Shown: piece after piece, positions 1 through 9,986 of the stretch
Layout: the number at the start of each line of letters is the position of its first letter
Numbering within the stretch: the first letter of the stretch is position 1
DNA from: an uncultured Desulfobacter sp.
Lineage (GTDB): Bacteria; Desulfobacterota; Desulfobacteria; Desulfobacterales; Desulfobacteraceae
Reading direction: 5' to 3'
DNA length: 64,000 bases
Assembly: GCA_963665095.1 (NCBI GenBank)
Contig: OY762069.1
Location: forward strand, 5,088,001 to 5,152,000
Notes under the pieces: generated by a model
The model's database searches: none
What the model was told of the DNA's origin: nothing
Seen by the model: only the letters and a program-made list of their open reading frames with translations
Made by a program: the position numbers and the translations under genes

Positions 1-1701
1 GCTGGTACGGCAGTTGGAAATTTAATAAAAACTATTGCGGCGAAACCAGAAGTCAAAGATGGCATTCATCCGGGCCAGCTGTTGAAAAATGCGTCAAGAT
101 TCCTGCTTAAAGGCGGTGATGTCGGTTTTGTCGGGGAGTATGCATATCCATTTGACTATCCGAATCTGCTATTTGTCCGGGCGTTAAAAGTTCTCATTGC
201 CATTTTTGTTTTGTATCTGGGTGTTGCTGCCTGCTATGCCCCACGACATTTGCGCTTTTCGTTTATTCTTCCATCACTGGCATCCCTACTGATTGGAATG
301 GGGTATATTCGGACTGTGGGGCTTCCGTTCCTGGTGGCAGGCCCTGTTCTCCTTTCCGGCATAATGGAGATGTCAGCAACTGCCAGGCAGAGTCTGCCAA
401 AGATGTTTTTAAAAGTCCCTGCGGATTATATCAATGTGGGACTGCTTTCTTTGTTGCTGTTTTTTTTCTGCCTATCCAATTATTTTGTGTTCACAAACAA
501 TTTTGTCGCATTTACCGGTATCATAAGCGGTGAGCCTGGTTTCGGGCGGGCGGATCGCCACAAAAGCAGAGTACCGGAATATGTTTTAGAACATTATCCC
601 GATGAAGAGATGTACAACTCGTACAATATTGGTTCTTTGCTGATCTGGGAGTGGTATGGCAAGAAAAAGGTCTTTATTGACGGCAGATCCGTAACTTACA
701 AAAAGCAGTTTTATGATGACTATAAATATTCTTTTTCCCTGAATTCGTTTGAGAACATGGATATTCGGCATGCCATTCTTGGTATATCTGATGATTTTGA
801 CTGGTTTGAAAATTATTTAAGGCTGAACTGGGATATTGAGGCCTTTGATACCGGAATGCTGCTGCTCAAAAGGCGTGTAAAAGAAGGGTATGATAATTTC
901 TATGGAAATGTACCGCAGTTTATAGGCAATATTGATGATTTCAGGCGGTTACAGCGGGACTCCAAAGTCAGGTTCGGTCGATTTGTAAATATCATGGTGA
1001 AGTATATGCTGATTTTTGGCAGACTTGAGGATGCTTCAAAGCTCTATCATTCTCTTGAACCAATTATTAACGCATTGCCCGACGGCATTAACAAAAAGGT
1101 TCTGCACAATAAAAAACGCCTGATGGATGACGTTCAAGAAGAGTTCGGTTTGCAAAACAGAACGGTTCTGGTCGATCTGTTTAAAGAGATTTTCCTGGAT
1201 GATAAGGATGACCGCAGAGACGCCAAACTGGCCAATGAACAGAGTCCTGTGACGATCCATACGGCGTTTGCCAATGCGCATTTCAAGCTGGGAAACAAAA
1301 AGATGGGCGTTGATCACCTGAGCGTTGCTGCTGATTCCGATAAAAATAATGTGATGCTTCAGGTCCGGATCGGGGATTACTTTTATGAAATGAAGGCCCT
1401 TGGACCGGCCATAAAGCATTATAAAAGAGCTGTGGCTCTTGATCCTAAAAGAGTCCATGAGTACAATAAACTTGGTGCGCTTTACTATCAGAAGGGGGAT
1501 TTGAAACTTGCCCGAAGCAGTTTTGGGCAGGCGATTGAAGCAGATCCCAAAGTCATTGCATCCTATATTAATCTTGCCGCGGTATTAATGTCACAGGGTG
1601 AGTTTCGCAACGCCCTGGAAGTCAACAAAAAAGGGTTGGCAGTTGAACCGGAGAATGCCGATCTGCTGGAGATGAAAAAGGATCTTGAGACTAGACAATA
1701 A
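1..1701 (+). CDS. 5'-truncated polytopic membrane protein, putative GT-C glycosyltransferase (STT3/PglB-like soluble domain) with C-terminal TPR repeats
   Basis: Frame is open from base 1, so the gene starts upstream of the window. Several TM segments, then YNSYNIGSLLIW...VFIDGR, then ~4 TPR repeats. Overlaps the gspK start. Confidence 0.6.
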   Translation, partial: AGTAVGNLIKTIAAKPEVKDGIHPGQLLKNASRFLLKGGDVGFVGEYAYPFDYPNLLFVRALKVLIAIFVLYLGVAACYAPRHLRFSFILPSLASLLIGMGYIRTVGLPFLVAGPVLLSGIMEMSATARQSLPKMFLKVPADYINVGLLSLLLFFFCLSNYFVFTNNFVAFTGIISGEPGFGRADRHKSRVPEYVLEHYPDEEMYNSYNIGSLLIWEWYGKKKVFIDGRSVTYKKQFYDDYKYSFSLNSFENMDIRHAILGISDDFDWFENYLRLNWDIEAFDTGMLLLKRRVKEGYDNFYGNVPQFIGNIDDFRRLQRDSKVRFGRFVNIMVKYMLIFGRLEDASKLYHSLEPIINALPDGINKKVLHNKKRLMDDVQEEFGLQNRTVLVDLFKEIFLDDKDDRRDAKLANEQSPVTIHTAFANAHFKLGNKKMGVDHLSVAADSDKNNVMLQVRIGDYFYEMKALGPAIKHYKRAVALDPKRVHEYNKLGALYYQKGDLKLARSSFGQAIEADPKVIASYINLAAVLMSQGEFRNALEVNKKGLAVEPENADLLEMKKDLETRQ

Positions 1702-2725
1702 AGGCCTTGCCCTGGTATTTGTTCTCTGGGTGCTGGTTTTTCTTTCTGTTGTGGCCGGCAGTTTCAGCTATTCTGCAAGCCGGGCCAGGCGTACTGTTTT
1801 TGCCCAGGGCATCCAGGAAAAGGCCTATTATATCGCTCTTGCAGGATTCAACCGGGCGGTGGCCGCTTACATTCAGTCAAAAAAAGATGAACAACCTGGT
1901 ATATGGCGGATTAATTCCGATATTCCTTCCCAGAAATTCGGGGAGGGTTTTTACCAGGTGTTCATTTCCAATGAAAGCGGTAAAATAAATTTGAATGAAG
2001 CAGAGGCAGATTTGTTCAATATGCTTTTAAGCAAGTCGGATCTGGGTGACCGTGATAAAGCGATGATTGTCAACGCTATTCTTGACTGGCGGGATGAGGA
2101 TGATCTCGTAAGGATTGATAGTGCGGAAAAAGACTATTATTCGGCCCTCCCCAAACCGTATGCGCCTAGGAACGGTGATTTTAAGGCCCCCACGGAGTTG
2201 CTGAAAGTCAGAGGTATCACGGAAGAAGTTTTCAACACGTTTTTTAAAGACAGGATTACGGTTAAAGCAGATGAAAATGACCTGCTTCCGAAAAAATCAT
2301 CAATACAGGAGTACCTTCAGCTTGAGAACAGGGAGACGACCAATGGAATACAGACCTTCCTGACCCTTGAAAAAAGGGATGAGCTTAACCGCGTAGGGAA
2401 ATCGTACGATTATTCGAAAATAAATATCAATGCAGCTTCTCCGGGCATGCTGCTTTCCCTTCCTGGGATGACAGAGGCCCTGGTGAGTCAGGTTATTGAA
2501 TTCAGGAAAGAAAAAGATTTCTCGTCCTTGTCAGAATTTTCAAATATAGTCGGTCCTCAGGTATTTGCAGGGTTACGGCAATACATCTCCCTGGCGTTAA
2601 GCCGGTACTATACCATTTCGTCGGTGGGATGGGTGGCAGGGTCTGATATTATCCAGCGGGTAAGGATGGATATTTGGGTTGATAATCAAAAATATGATGG
2701 GTATAAAGTGGTCCAGCGGTATTAA
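1685..2725 (+). CDS. gspK: Type II secretion minor pseudopilin GspK
   Basis: Prepilin-like N-terminus KG|LALVFVLWVL; ESGKINLN, ILDWRDEDD, ELLKVRG and KININAA..L..LPG (HhH) motifs. Confidence 0.9.
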   Translation: MRLDNKGLALVFVLWVLVFLSVVAGSFSYSASRARRTVFAQGIQEKAYYIALAGFNRAVAAYIQSKKDEQPGIWRINSDIPSQKFGEGFYQVFISNESGKINLNEAEADLFNMLLSKSDLGDRDKAMIVNAILDWRDEDDLVRIDSAEKDYYSALPKPYAPRNGDFKAPTELLKVRGITEEVFNTFFKDRITVKADENDLLPKKSSIQEYLQLENRETTNGIQTFLTLEKRDELNRVGKSYDYSKININAASPGMLLSLPGMTEALVSQVIEFRKEKDFSSLSEFSNIVGPQVFAGLRQYISLALSRYYTISSVGWVAGSDIIQRVRMDIWVDNQKYDGYKVVQRY

Positions 2726-2758
2726 GCGGCTTCGGCGGCAGGAGGGGTATAGGTAAGC

Positions 2759-3895
2759 GTGTTTTCACAAAACAGCATAGGGGTGGATATTCAGCAAGAG
2801 AGGATATCCATCGGGTGGATTCAAAGTTCGATAAACGGGCTTAGTTTATCCGCTTTTGAAACCTGCGAGCATGACAAAGAGAATAAAGAGGGTACTCTTT
2901 TCCATGTTGATGAACTGATAACCAGATTCATTGATAAGCATTCCATTAAAACATTTGACCTGTATATAGGTATATCCGAAAGAAACTGTTTAATAAAATC
3001 CATTGAAGTTCCTTTATCTGTCCGGGATGAGATTGATTCGCTGTTAGGGTATGAAATTGAAAAATATGTTCCCATACCTGCATCAAAAATTATCTTTGAT
3101 TATCGGATTTTAAAGGAAGATAAGTCCAAAGATACGCTTGACATTCTTTTACAGGCATTTAAGAAAGATGACCTTGCTCCGTTTATCGGTCTGAAGGATT
3201 TTATTCCAGGTGGCATCACCGGCATTATGCTGACGGAATCAGCCATTGAAGAGTATGAGTACTTTCGGACTTCAAAACGTAAATTCCAAATCAGAGGGGT
3301 TGACAGCCAGGCGGATGATTATTTTCAGAAATTAAGGCCCCTGGCACTTGGATTTCAAAAGTTTAATCCAGACAGAGGACGGATAAACTTTTTGCCCCAA
3401 AGGTTCAGAAAGCAGCCCTCCCGTCTTCCCCTTTTAATTTTTATTTCTTTTATAGCCTTGAATATTATTGCATTGTTTGCAATGGGAGCCAGCTATCTGA
3501 TTCAGAACAGTGTTCAGAACAGCCAGCTGGATGGACGGCTTTCCCAATTGAAAGAAAAGCTGGTAAAGGTGGAAACACTTGAAAAGAGGGTGGGAAGCCT
3601 TGAAGCAAGGGAGATGGAAGTCAGGGGTATATTCCAAAACCGCCCATCCATGCTGGAAATATTGACTGAGCTGACCCGAATCATGCCCCCGGATACACAT
3701 CTGAAAGAGTTTGATTTTAAAAAAAATACAATATGGATAAAGGGATACTCCAACCAGGCATCCCGCTTAATTAAAATTTTTGAATCTTCGGGGTTGTTTA
3801 CCAACGCTGAATTTGAAACAAAAATTACCATTGAGAAAGATCATGAGGAAACATTTATAATTAAGATGCGTCTTGAGAAACAAAATGAAAGTTAA
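2759..3895 (+). CDS. gspL: T2SS GspL / PilM-PilN-like inner-membrane platform protein
   Basis: Actin-like N-terminal domain (IGVDI..., YEIEKYVP), INFLP, one TM helix, coiled coil and PilN-like domain (LEILTELTRIMP..IKGYS). Confidence 0.75.
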   Translation: MFSQNSIGVDIQQERISIGWIQSSINGLSLSAFETCEHDKENKEGTLFHVDELITRFIDKHSIKTFDLYIGISERNCLIKSIEVPLSVRDEIDSLLGYEIEKYVPIPASKIIFDYRILKEDKSKDTLDILLQAFKKDDLAPFIGLKDFIPGGITGIMLTESAIEEYEYFRTSKRKFQIRGVDSQADDYFQKLRPLALGFQKFNPDRGRINFLPQRFRKQPSRLPLLIFISFIALNIIALFAMGASYLIQNSVQNSQLDGRLSQLKEKLVKVETLEKRVGSLEAREMEVRGIFQNRPSMLEILTELTRIMPPDTHLKEFDFKKNTIWIKGYSNQASRLIKIFESSGLFTNAEFETKITIEKDHEETFIIKMRLEKQNES

Positions 3896-4436
3896 TGCCA
3901 TATTGACACGGGAACGGGTAGTCCTGCTGGTGGCAGGCTCCATCGTTCTGCTGGCCGGCCTTCTATACAGGTTTACCCCTGATATCCGATTTTCTTCCCA
4001 TTCCCAAAAACTCAGGCAGGTTGAGAAATACCAGCACCGGGTAGACGGACTGCCTGTACTGGAAGACAGAAATATTTTTTTAACAGGTCAGGTTGAGCGG
4101 GCAAATAATCTTCTTATTTCTGCAGGGTCATTAAAGATTGCAGGGGCAGAAATTCAGAATATGCTGCGGGAAATGGCGGGGCAGGACAATATTTCTTTTA
4201 AAAGCGTCAAGGCATTGAAGGAAGATGTGAAAACGTACGGCTTTGTGTCCGTCATCCCGGTGGGGCTCGCCTTTAAGGCAAACATCCGCCAGTTGAAAGA
4301 TTTTCTTTATAGAATTGAAACATCATCCAAAATGCTTGCTGTCACGGAATTAAGAATCATTAAGCCCGGAAGAGAGGATACTGAAGAGCTGAACGTAATG
4401 ATAACAGTGCAGGGCTATTTTAATGGCAAAAGCTGA
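3885..4436 (+). CDS. gspM: T2SS GspM / PilO-like protein
   Basis: TRERVVLLV..TM N-terminus; LKDFLYRIETSSKMLAVTELRI ferredoxin-like domain; lies between gspL and gspC. Confidence 0.75.
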   Translation: MKVNAILTRERVVLLVAGSIVLLAGLLYRFTPDIRFSSHSQKLRQVEKYQHRVDGLPVLEDRNIFLTGQVERANNLLISAGSLKIAGAEIQNMLREMAGQDNISFKSVKALKEDVKTYGFVSVIPVGLAFKANIRQLKDFLYRIETSSKMLAVTELRIIKPGREDTEELNVMITVQGYFNGKS

Positions 4437-4453
4437 GTTTAAGAGGGAGTGAA

Positions 4454-5227
4454 ATGATTTCCAAATTTTGGTGGGTTAATTTTCTGCTTGTGATTACACT
4501 GGTAATTATCGTTGCCGGCATAATCATGATCTGGCAGAACAAAATAGTTTTACCAGGCTCTGATGCCCGGAAAACTGAAAAGCAATGGCCCGAAATATCC
4601 TCTTTTGAACCGCCTGTGAAAGCAAAAGATCAATATGATATGATTGCCGCAAAAAATATGTACAACTCCGCAAGAAAGGAACATATTCTCAAATCAGAAC
4701 CTGAAAAAAGACACCAGGACCCCGTAACACCTGCCAAAAAAGAAGAAAAGCCTAAACAGGCCATTGCTCCGGAGCAGGTGGAAATACTGAATAAGAAAGA
4801 TTTGATCCTTTATGGGGTGATCTTAATGGCGGATTATAGATTTGCCTTTGTCAATGATTTGGACAAAGGGGATAAAGGCGCCCAGATAAAGGTCAAAGAA
4901 ACTGACCGTATCGGCGAGTACGCCATTAAGAAAATTTTTCCGGAGTTTATTATTGTCTCCTATCAGGGCACGTCTTACAGAGTGCCGCTTTTTAAAGAAA
5001 AAGAAGGCAAGAGTACTCAGAAAAAGGTTGCAAAAAACAATGGGCCAGCGCCAAAAGAATTTCCGGAAAAAAAAGGGGCGTCTGATGCTTCTCCCAGGAT
5101 TTTTGACACAAAAGCCAAAAATATGCTGGAGCCGGAGCGGACCGCGTCAAGCAGCAATGATGACGAATACGAGTGGGTAACCCTGAACACACCGTTTGGA
5201 AAAAAGAGGATAAAAAGAAAGAAATGA
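4454..5227 (+). CDS. T2SS GspC/GspN-like protein
   Basis: N-terminal TM; NMYNSARK (N.F.P.R-like); LILYGVI...VKETDRIGEYAIKKI HR-like domain; precedes secretin. Confidence 0.6.
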   Translation: MISKFWWVNFLLVITLVIIVAGIIMIWQNKIVLPGSDARKTEKQWPEISSFEPPVKAKDQYDMIAAKNMYNSARKEHILKSEPEKRHQDPVTPAKKEEKPKQAIAPEQVEILNKKDLILYGVILMADYRFAFVNDLDKGDKGAQIKVKETDRIGEYAIKKIFPEFIIVSYQGTSYRVPLFKEKEGKSTQKKVAKNNGPAPKEFPEKKGASDASPRIFDTKAKNMLEPERTASSSNDDEYEWVTLNTPFGKKRIKRKK

Positions 5228-7536
5228 GCAATAACGGAAAGCGTATCTGTTGGGGAATCTGTCTGGCGGCAATGTTTTTGGTGAGCGGCTGCAGCCTGAT
5301 CAGTGAAAAAAGCGTACCCGAAAGCGAGGCGTATGACTCTGCCTTTCAAACGGAAACAATGACACATAAAGCCGGAACTGATGGGGTGCCTGAGCCTTCA
5401 GTGCCTGAAGAACCTGAGGTCAGCAAGGCGACGGATGAAAAAAAGTTTGTTACAGATAAGCAGATTGAAGCCAGGCTTTATCCCGGGACCCAACCCGGAC
5501 AGGCCGGGCAGAAGACAGTTACGAAGATTCAGAGGCCGGTGCGCCTGAATCAATCCCGGACGGACGGTAACACCAGTCCCGGAAATATTATTCTAAATTT
5601 CGACGAAGCAGACCTTAATGAGGTGATTCGTGCAATTGCGGAGATCCTTAAGCTGAATTATGTTATTGAAACACAGATAGCCGGGAATGTGACCGTCCAT
5701 ACCGCAGGCGGGTTGAATCCGGAGGAGGTTTTTTCCGTATTTTTCCAGCTCCTGGAAGCCAACGGGCTTACAGCGGTTAAAGCTGAAGGGCTTTACCGGA
5801 TTGTCAGGATGGAAGGTGCGTCCAGGCTTCCCATGAATATTCATCTGCGCTCCGATATGTCAGACGTTTCTGCTGGGGAACGGATTATTATTCAGATTAT
5901 CTCCCTGGAACATATTGATGTCCAGGAAATGGTTAAAATCATTGAACCGGTTATGTCAGAGCAGGGAACCATTATCTCCCATGCCAACTCAAACACCTTG
6001 CTGCTTATTGACAAAGGCATCATCGTTTTAAAGGCGTTGAACCTGGTTAAAGTTTTTGATGTCGATACCTTTAAATTGAAAAATCATCGAATCTACCAGG
6101 TCAAATTTACAGACGTGGAAGAGACGGTGTCGCTGATAGAAAGTCTTCGTCAGGCATACGGGGAAACAGACAAAAAACTTTCCCTGATCCCCATTAAAAA
6201 GTTAAATGCCTTTATCGGGGTGAGCCCAGAACCGGCCGCTCTGAAGTGGGTCGCAGACATTCTTGGACAGGTGGATGTCCCAGGATATGACGCTTCCCCG
6301 AAAATCTATGTGTATAAAGTCCAGAACGGGACCTGCGATGAGTTAAGTTCAATTCTGACCAGTGTGTTTTCCAATGCCGCAGCCTCTGCCACCAGCGAGA
6401 AATCATCCAAAAGTGAAAGCGCTAAAATTCAGAACACCAAAAAAGATCAGCCGGATACTGAAACCATCAACCGGTTGCTTAAAGGGGGGAGTTCTAAAAC
6501 CGCAGCGGCGGATGCGTCCGGCTCCGGTACTACAGCAAAGGGGCTGCCTGGGCCCGAAGGCTCAACCGGAAGCGAATCAGCCCCGGCAATGTTGGTAACG
6601 CGCCCGGGTGCTTCAGGAGATACAGCCGGAGCTGATACTTTGAAGGGCACCATTAAAATCACCACAGATACAGTTCGAAACGCTCTGATAGTCGAGGCCT
6701 ATCCATCTGATTATCAGGTTGTGACAAAAATACTTGAGCAGCTAGACGTTCTACCCAGGCAGGTACTGATTGAGGTCACCATTGCCGATATTACATTGAC
6801 GGATACAAACGAACTGGGCATTGACTGGACCAAATATCTTTCATCCCAGGGAATGGGAGGAGATGTTTCCGGCACTATCGGCTCAAGCGGTCTGAATTTC
6901 ACAATCGGCCTGACCGATAAATGGCAGGCAGCCTTATCTGCCATGGCCAGTGAAAACAGAGTCAATATTTTGTCTACGCCGGTAATACTTGCTACGGACA
7001 ACATAGAGGCAAGTATTGATGTCGCCGAGGAAATTCCTGTGGTAAGCACTTCGTATACAACGGTCACAGACGGAAACAATGTCGTGACCAATACCGTACA
7101 ATATCGGGAGACAGGTATTCTGCTGACAGTAACGCCCCATATCAACGACGAGGGCTTTGTGACAATGGAGATCAGCCAGGAGGTGAGTGAAACAGGCGAC
7201 CCGGTGGAAGCCGGCGGAGAAACGTATCAGTCCTTCAGTTCCCGAAATATTGATACCACATTTACAGTCAGCCATCAGCAGACCATTATGATTGGTGGTC
7301 TTATAAGGCAATCCGATACAGGCAACTCCTCCGGGCTGCCCTTTTTATATAAAATTCCGGGATTGAAATGGCTCTTTGGGAGTGATTCGGTTACAACGGC
7401 AAAAACAGAGCTTGCCGTCTTTATCACTCCGTATGTCATCTATTCAATGGAGGATGTTGCCGAAATAACCAGGGAGTTCCGCCAGAGAACCAATAAGGCC
7501 AGAGGAGAGAATAGTTTGAAGGGCACTTCAAACTGA
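5224..7536 (+). CDS. gspD: T2SS secretin GspD, predicted lipoprotein
   Basis: LNFDEADLNEVI N0 domain; LDVLPRQVLIEVTI, ILSTP..DNIEA, GILLTVTPHIN and GLPFLYKIP secretin motifs; lipobox FLVSG-C. ATG 5224 overlaps the upstream stop. Confidence 0.93.
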   Translation: MSNNGKRICWGICLAAMFLVSGCSLISEKSVPESEAYDSAFQTETMTHKAGTDGVPEPSVPEEPEVSKATDEKKFVTDKQIEARLYPGTQPGQAGQKTVTKIQRPVRLNQSRTDGNTSPGNIILNFDEADLNEVIRAIAEILKLNYVIETQIAGNVTVHTAGGLNPEEVFSVFFQLLEANGLTAVKAEGLYRIVRMEGASRLPMNIHLRSDMSDVSAGERIIIQIISLEHIDVQEMVKIIEPVMSEQGTIISHANSNTLLLIDKGIIVLKALNLVKVFDVDTFKLKNHRIYQVKFTDVEETVSLIESLRQAYGETDKKLSLIPIKKLNAFIGVSPEPAALKWVADILGQVDVPGYDASPKIYVYKVQNGTCDELSSILTSVFSNAAASATSEKSSKSESAKIQNTKKDQPDTETINRLLKGGSSKTAAADASGSGTTAKGLPGPEGSTGSESAPAMLVTRPGASGDTAGADTLKGTIKITTDTVRNALIVEAYPSDYQVVTKILEQLDVLPRQVLIEVTIADITLTDTNELGIDWTKYLSSQGMGGDVSGTIGSSGLNFTIGLTDKWQAALSAMASENRVNILSTPVILATDNIEASIDVAEEIPVVSTSYTTVTDGNNVVTNTVQYRETGILLTVTPHINDEGFVTMEISQEVSETGDPVEAGGETYQSFSSRNIDTTFTVSHQQTIMIGGLIRQSDTGNSSGLPFLYKIPGLKWLFGSDSVTTAKTELAVFITPYVIYSMEDVAEITREFRQRTNKARGENSLKGTSN

Positions 7537-7644
7537 TTATTGTACATAGATCGTGTACAGGGATGGGAATATGAAAAGGGCCACCACCACTTACAGCCCC
7601 TGAAGGTTAACCAGATCAATACAAAGAATCACATGGTTCAAATC

Positions 7645-8547
7645 ATGAAACAGCTGCTTTTGGCGATGATCATTTTCATCAGCCTGGTTCCCGCGATACC
7701 TGCGCTGGAAAGTAAAAAAGCGGCTGTTTTTATTTCAGATACCATTAAGCCTTACTTTGAGGCGGTTAAGGGCCTTGAAGCATACTTTGAAAACAAAGAG
7801 GTGATGCTGAAAATAGTCGAGCTTAAGGACCAGGACCAGGCAGAGTTTGATGACATAGGCAGGGATTTGCTGGAGAAGGGATATGTGTACTGGGCAGCCA
7901 TTGGGCCAAAGGCCACGGAGATAATATATGCCTGCCGGCTTCCCGATGTTTCAGCCAGAGTCTACTCCATGGTGCTTGACCCCGAGGTTATCTTGGTAAC
8001 AAAACCGGTAGATTTCTGTGGCGTGAGTCTTCAAATTCCCCCTGTTGCCCAGGCAGAAGAAATAGCCGGCCTTTTTTCCCCGCCTGCCAGAGTTGGGATT
8101 ATTTTTGATCCGGCATACAATCAGGCCTTTACCGCGCAGGCTGTTAAGGCCTTTGAGGCCAGAGGCCGTATTCTGGAACTGTTACCGGTGGCGTCCAGGC
8201 GCGAGGTTCCCTATGTTCTTGCCCAGGGAGTAAAAAAAATAAATCTGCTGTGGATGATCCCGGATCAGACGGTAATCAGTGAAAGCATTATCCAGTATAT
8301 CATTAAACAGGCCATGCAACAGGGTATCGGGGTTATCGGGTATAATCGGTATTTTTTGAACCAGGGGGCTGTAGCCGCTTTTGTTATTGATTATGAAAAG
8401 GTAGGGGGGCAGACCGGAGAAATCTTGGAGAAAATAATGGATTACGGCAGCTGCAAATCATCAGACCCCTTGTTTGTTTTAAATGTGAATTCCAGGCTGA
8501 TGAAAATTCTGGGATTGGGAAAAAGTGATTCGAATAGGGAACCATGA
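7645..8547 (+). CDS. Periplasmic ABC-type substrate-binding-like sensory protein (no ABC permease nearby)
   Basis: Signal peptide MKQLLLAMII; RVGIIFDP, LWMIPDQTV and GAVAAFVIDYEKVGGQTG motifs. Start chosen at ATG 7645. Confidence 0.75.
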   Translation: MKQLLLAMIIFISLVPAIPALESKKAAVFISDTIKPYFEAVKGLEAYFENKEVMLKIVELKDQDQAEFDDIGRDLLEKGYVYWAAIGPKATEIIYACRLPDVSARVYSMVLDPEVILVTKPVDFCGVSLQIPPVAQAEEIAGLFSPPARVGIIFDPAYNQAFTAQAVKAFEARGRILELLPVASRREVPYVLAQGVKKINLLWMIPDQTVISESIIQYIIKQAMQQGIGVIGYNRYFLNQGAVAAFVIDYEKVGGQTGEILEKIMDYGSCKSSDPLFVLNVNSRLMKILGLGKSDSNREP

Positions 8548-9974
8548 GTATATATCGAAAAAGTGGAATACAGGTCCGGCTGCTTGTGGCAGCATTAGTC
8601 ATGGTCACCAGTGTCGCCTTTGCCCTGCAGCTTGCCGGACTTAAAATAACCAAAAATTTTATGGAAAAACGGTTTGCCGACCGGATTTCTTTTCTGGCCA
8701 AATATCTGGCGCTGAATGCCGAAGTCGGGGTTTTGATTAATGACCGGGACGGTCTTAGAAGTCTGGCTTTGAATCTTCTCGGGGAAGAAGACGTGGGACG
8801 GGTTACGATCATGGATAATCAGAACACAAAGCTGGTTGATATCGAGAGGGAAGTGCTTTCTCCGGTGTCCTATGTGGAAACCCCTGTTGTGTTTAAAAAA
8901 GCGGGAGGGGAAAATGTCCTTTTCGCAGTTCCGAAACATAATCCATTTGTCAGAACGGACGGACAGGAAAGCACACAAACCATAGGAAAGGTTAAAATTG
9001 TATACTCCACCCATGGCATCAACTCTCTCATGAGTGAGATCATGGTGAAGTTTTTACTTTTGTCCGGACTTCTGGCAATGGTCGGGGGCGGGGTTTTCTT
9101 TTTTATATCACGTCCCATGGTGAGAGAGGTGCGAACACTTGCTGACGGGGCTGAAAAAGTGGGTCAGGGAGATCTTGAATATCGGGCGGCGCTGGGCTCA
9201 TTTCCTGAAACACGGAAGCTGTCGGTTGCGTTTAACAAGATGCTGGATTCCCTGAAACAGAACCGAATCAAGCTTGATGAGGCAAATACCAGAATGGTTC
9301 GGCATCAGGCCCTGGCAGAAGTGGGGAAATTTTCTTTAATGGTGGCCCATGAGTTTAAAAATCCCCTTGGAATTATTAAAAGCTCCTTTGATATGTTAAA
9401 AAAGGATTTTAATGTACCAAAAGAGAATGCCTTTGCTTGGTATATCGAAGATGAGATTCGCCATGTCAATACGCTTGTGGAGGATTTTCTTGCATTTTCA
9501 AGACCCAGCAAAGGGGTTTTTAAGAAAACCGATTTAAACGGAATGGTCAGTGATGTCTGCGCCAGGTTCAGTGTGATGTATAACGACAGTTCTAAGGTGG
9601 TTTTTAGCTACAGCGACATTCCCGGCATTCCGTTTTATGCTGAGGCAGATGAGGCGTTGTTGACAAGAAGTATTACCAATCTATTGAAGAATGCCTTTGA
9701 ATCCGTGGAAGATCAGGGGTCGGTCACGGTCTGCGTTGAGATTATTCCCGAAAACCTGTGGCAGATTAATGTCATGGATTCAGGCCAGGGCATCTCCCCT
9801 GATGATATGGAGCGGATATTTGATCCGTTTTATACAACAAAGACCAAAGGGTCAGGTTTGGGACTGGCTTTCGTGAAACAGGCTGTATTGGCGCACGGGG
9901 GATCGGTTACGGCCGTGAACAGGCGTGAAGGCGGCTCGGTTTTCAGCCTGACGGTTCCCGGGATGAAAGAGTAA
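8544..9974 (+). CDS. HAMP-domain sensor histidine kinase
   Basis: Two TMs, HAMP, H-box VAHEFKNPL, N-box NLLKNA, G1 DSGQG, F-box FDPFYTTK, G2 GSGLGL. Confidence 0.93.
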   Translation: MSIYRKSGIQVRLLVAALVMVTSVAFALQLAGLKITKNFMEKRFADRISFLAKYLALNAEVGVLINDRDGLRSLALNLLGEEDVGRVTIMDNQNTKLVDIEREVLSPVSYVETPVVFKKAGGENVLFAVPKHNPFVRTDGQESTQTIGKVKIVYSTHGINSLMSEIMVKFLLLSGLLAMVGGGVFFFISRPMVREVRTLADGAEKVGQGDLEYRAALGSFPETRKLSVAFNKMLDSLKQNRIKLDEANTRMVRHQALAEVGKFSLMVAHEFKNPLGIIKSSFDMLKKDFNVPKENAFAWYIEDEIRHVNTLVEDFLAFSRPSKGVFKKTDLNGMVSDVCARFSVMYNDSSKVVFSYSDIPGIPFYAEADEALLTRSITNLLKNAFESVEDQGSVTVCVEIIPENLWQINVMDSGQGISPDDMERIFDPFYTTKTKGSGLGLAFVKQAVLAHGGSVTAVNRREGGSVFSLTVPGMKE

Positions 9975-9986
9975 AAAAGGATAACC

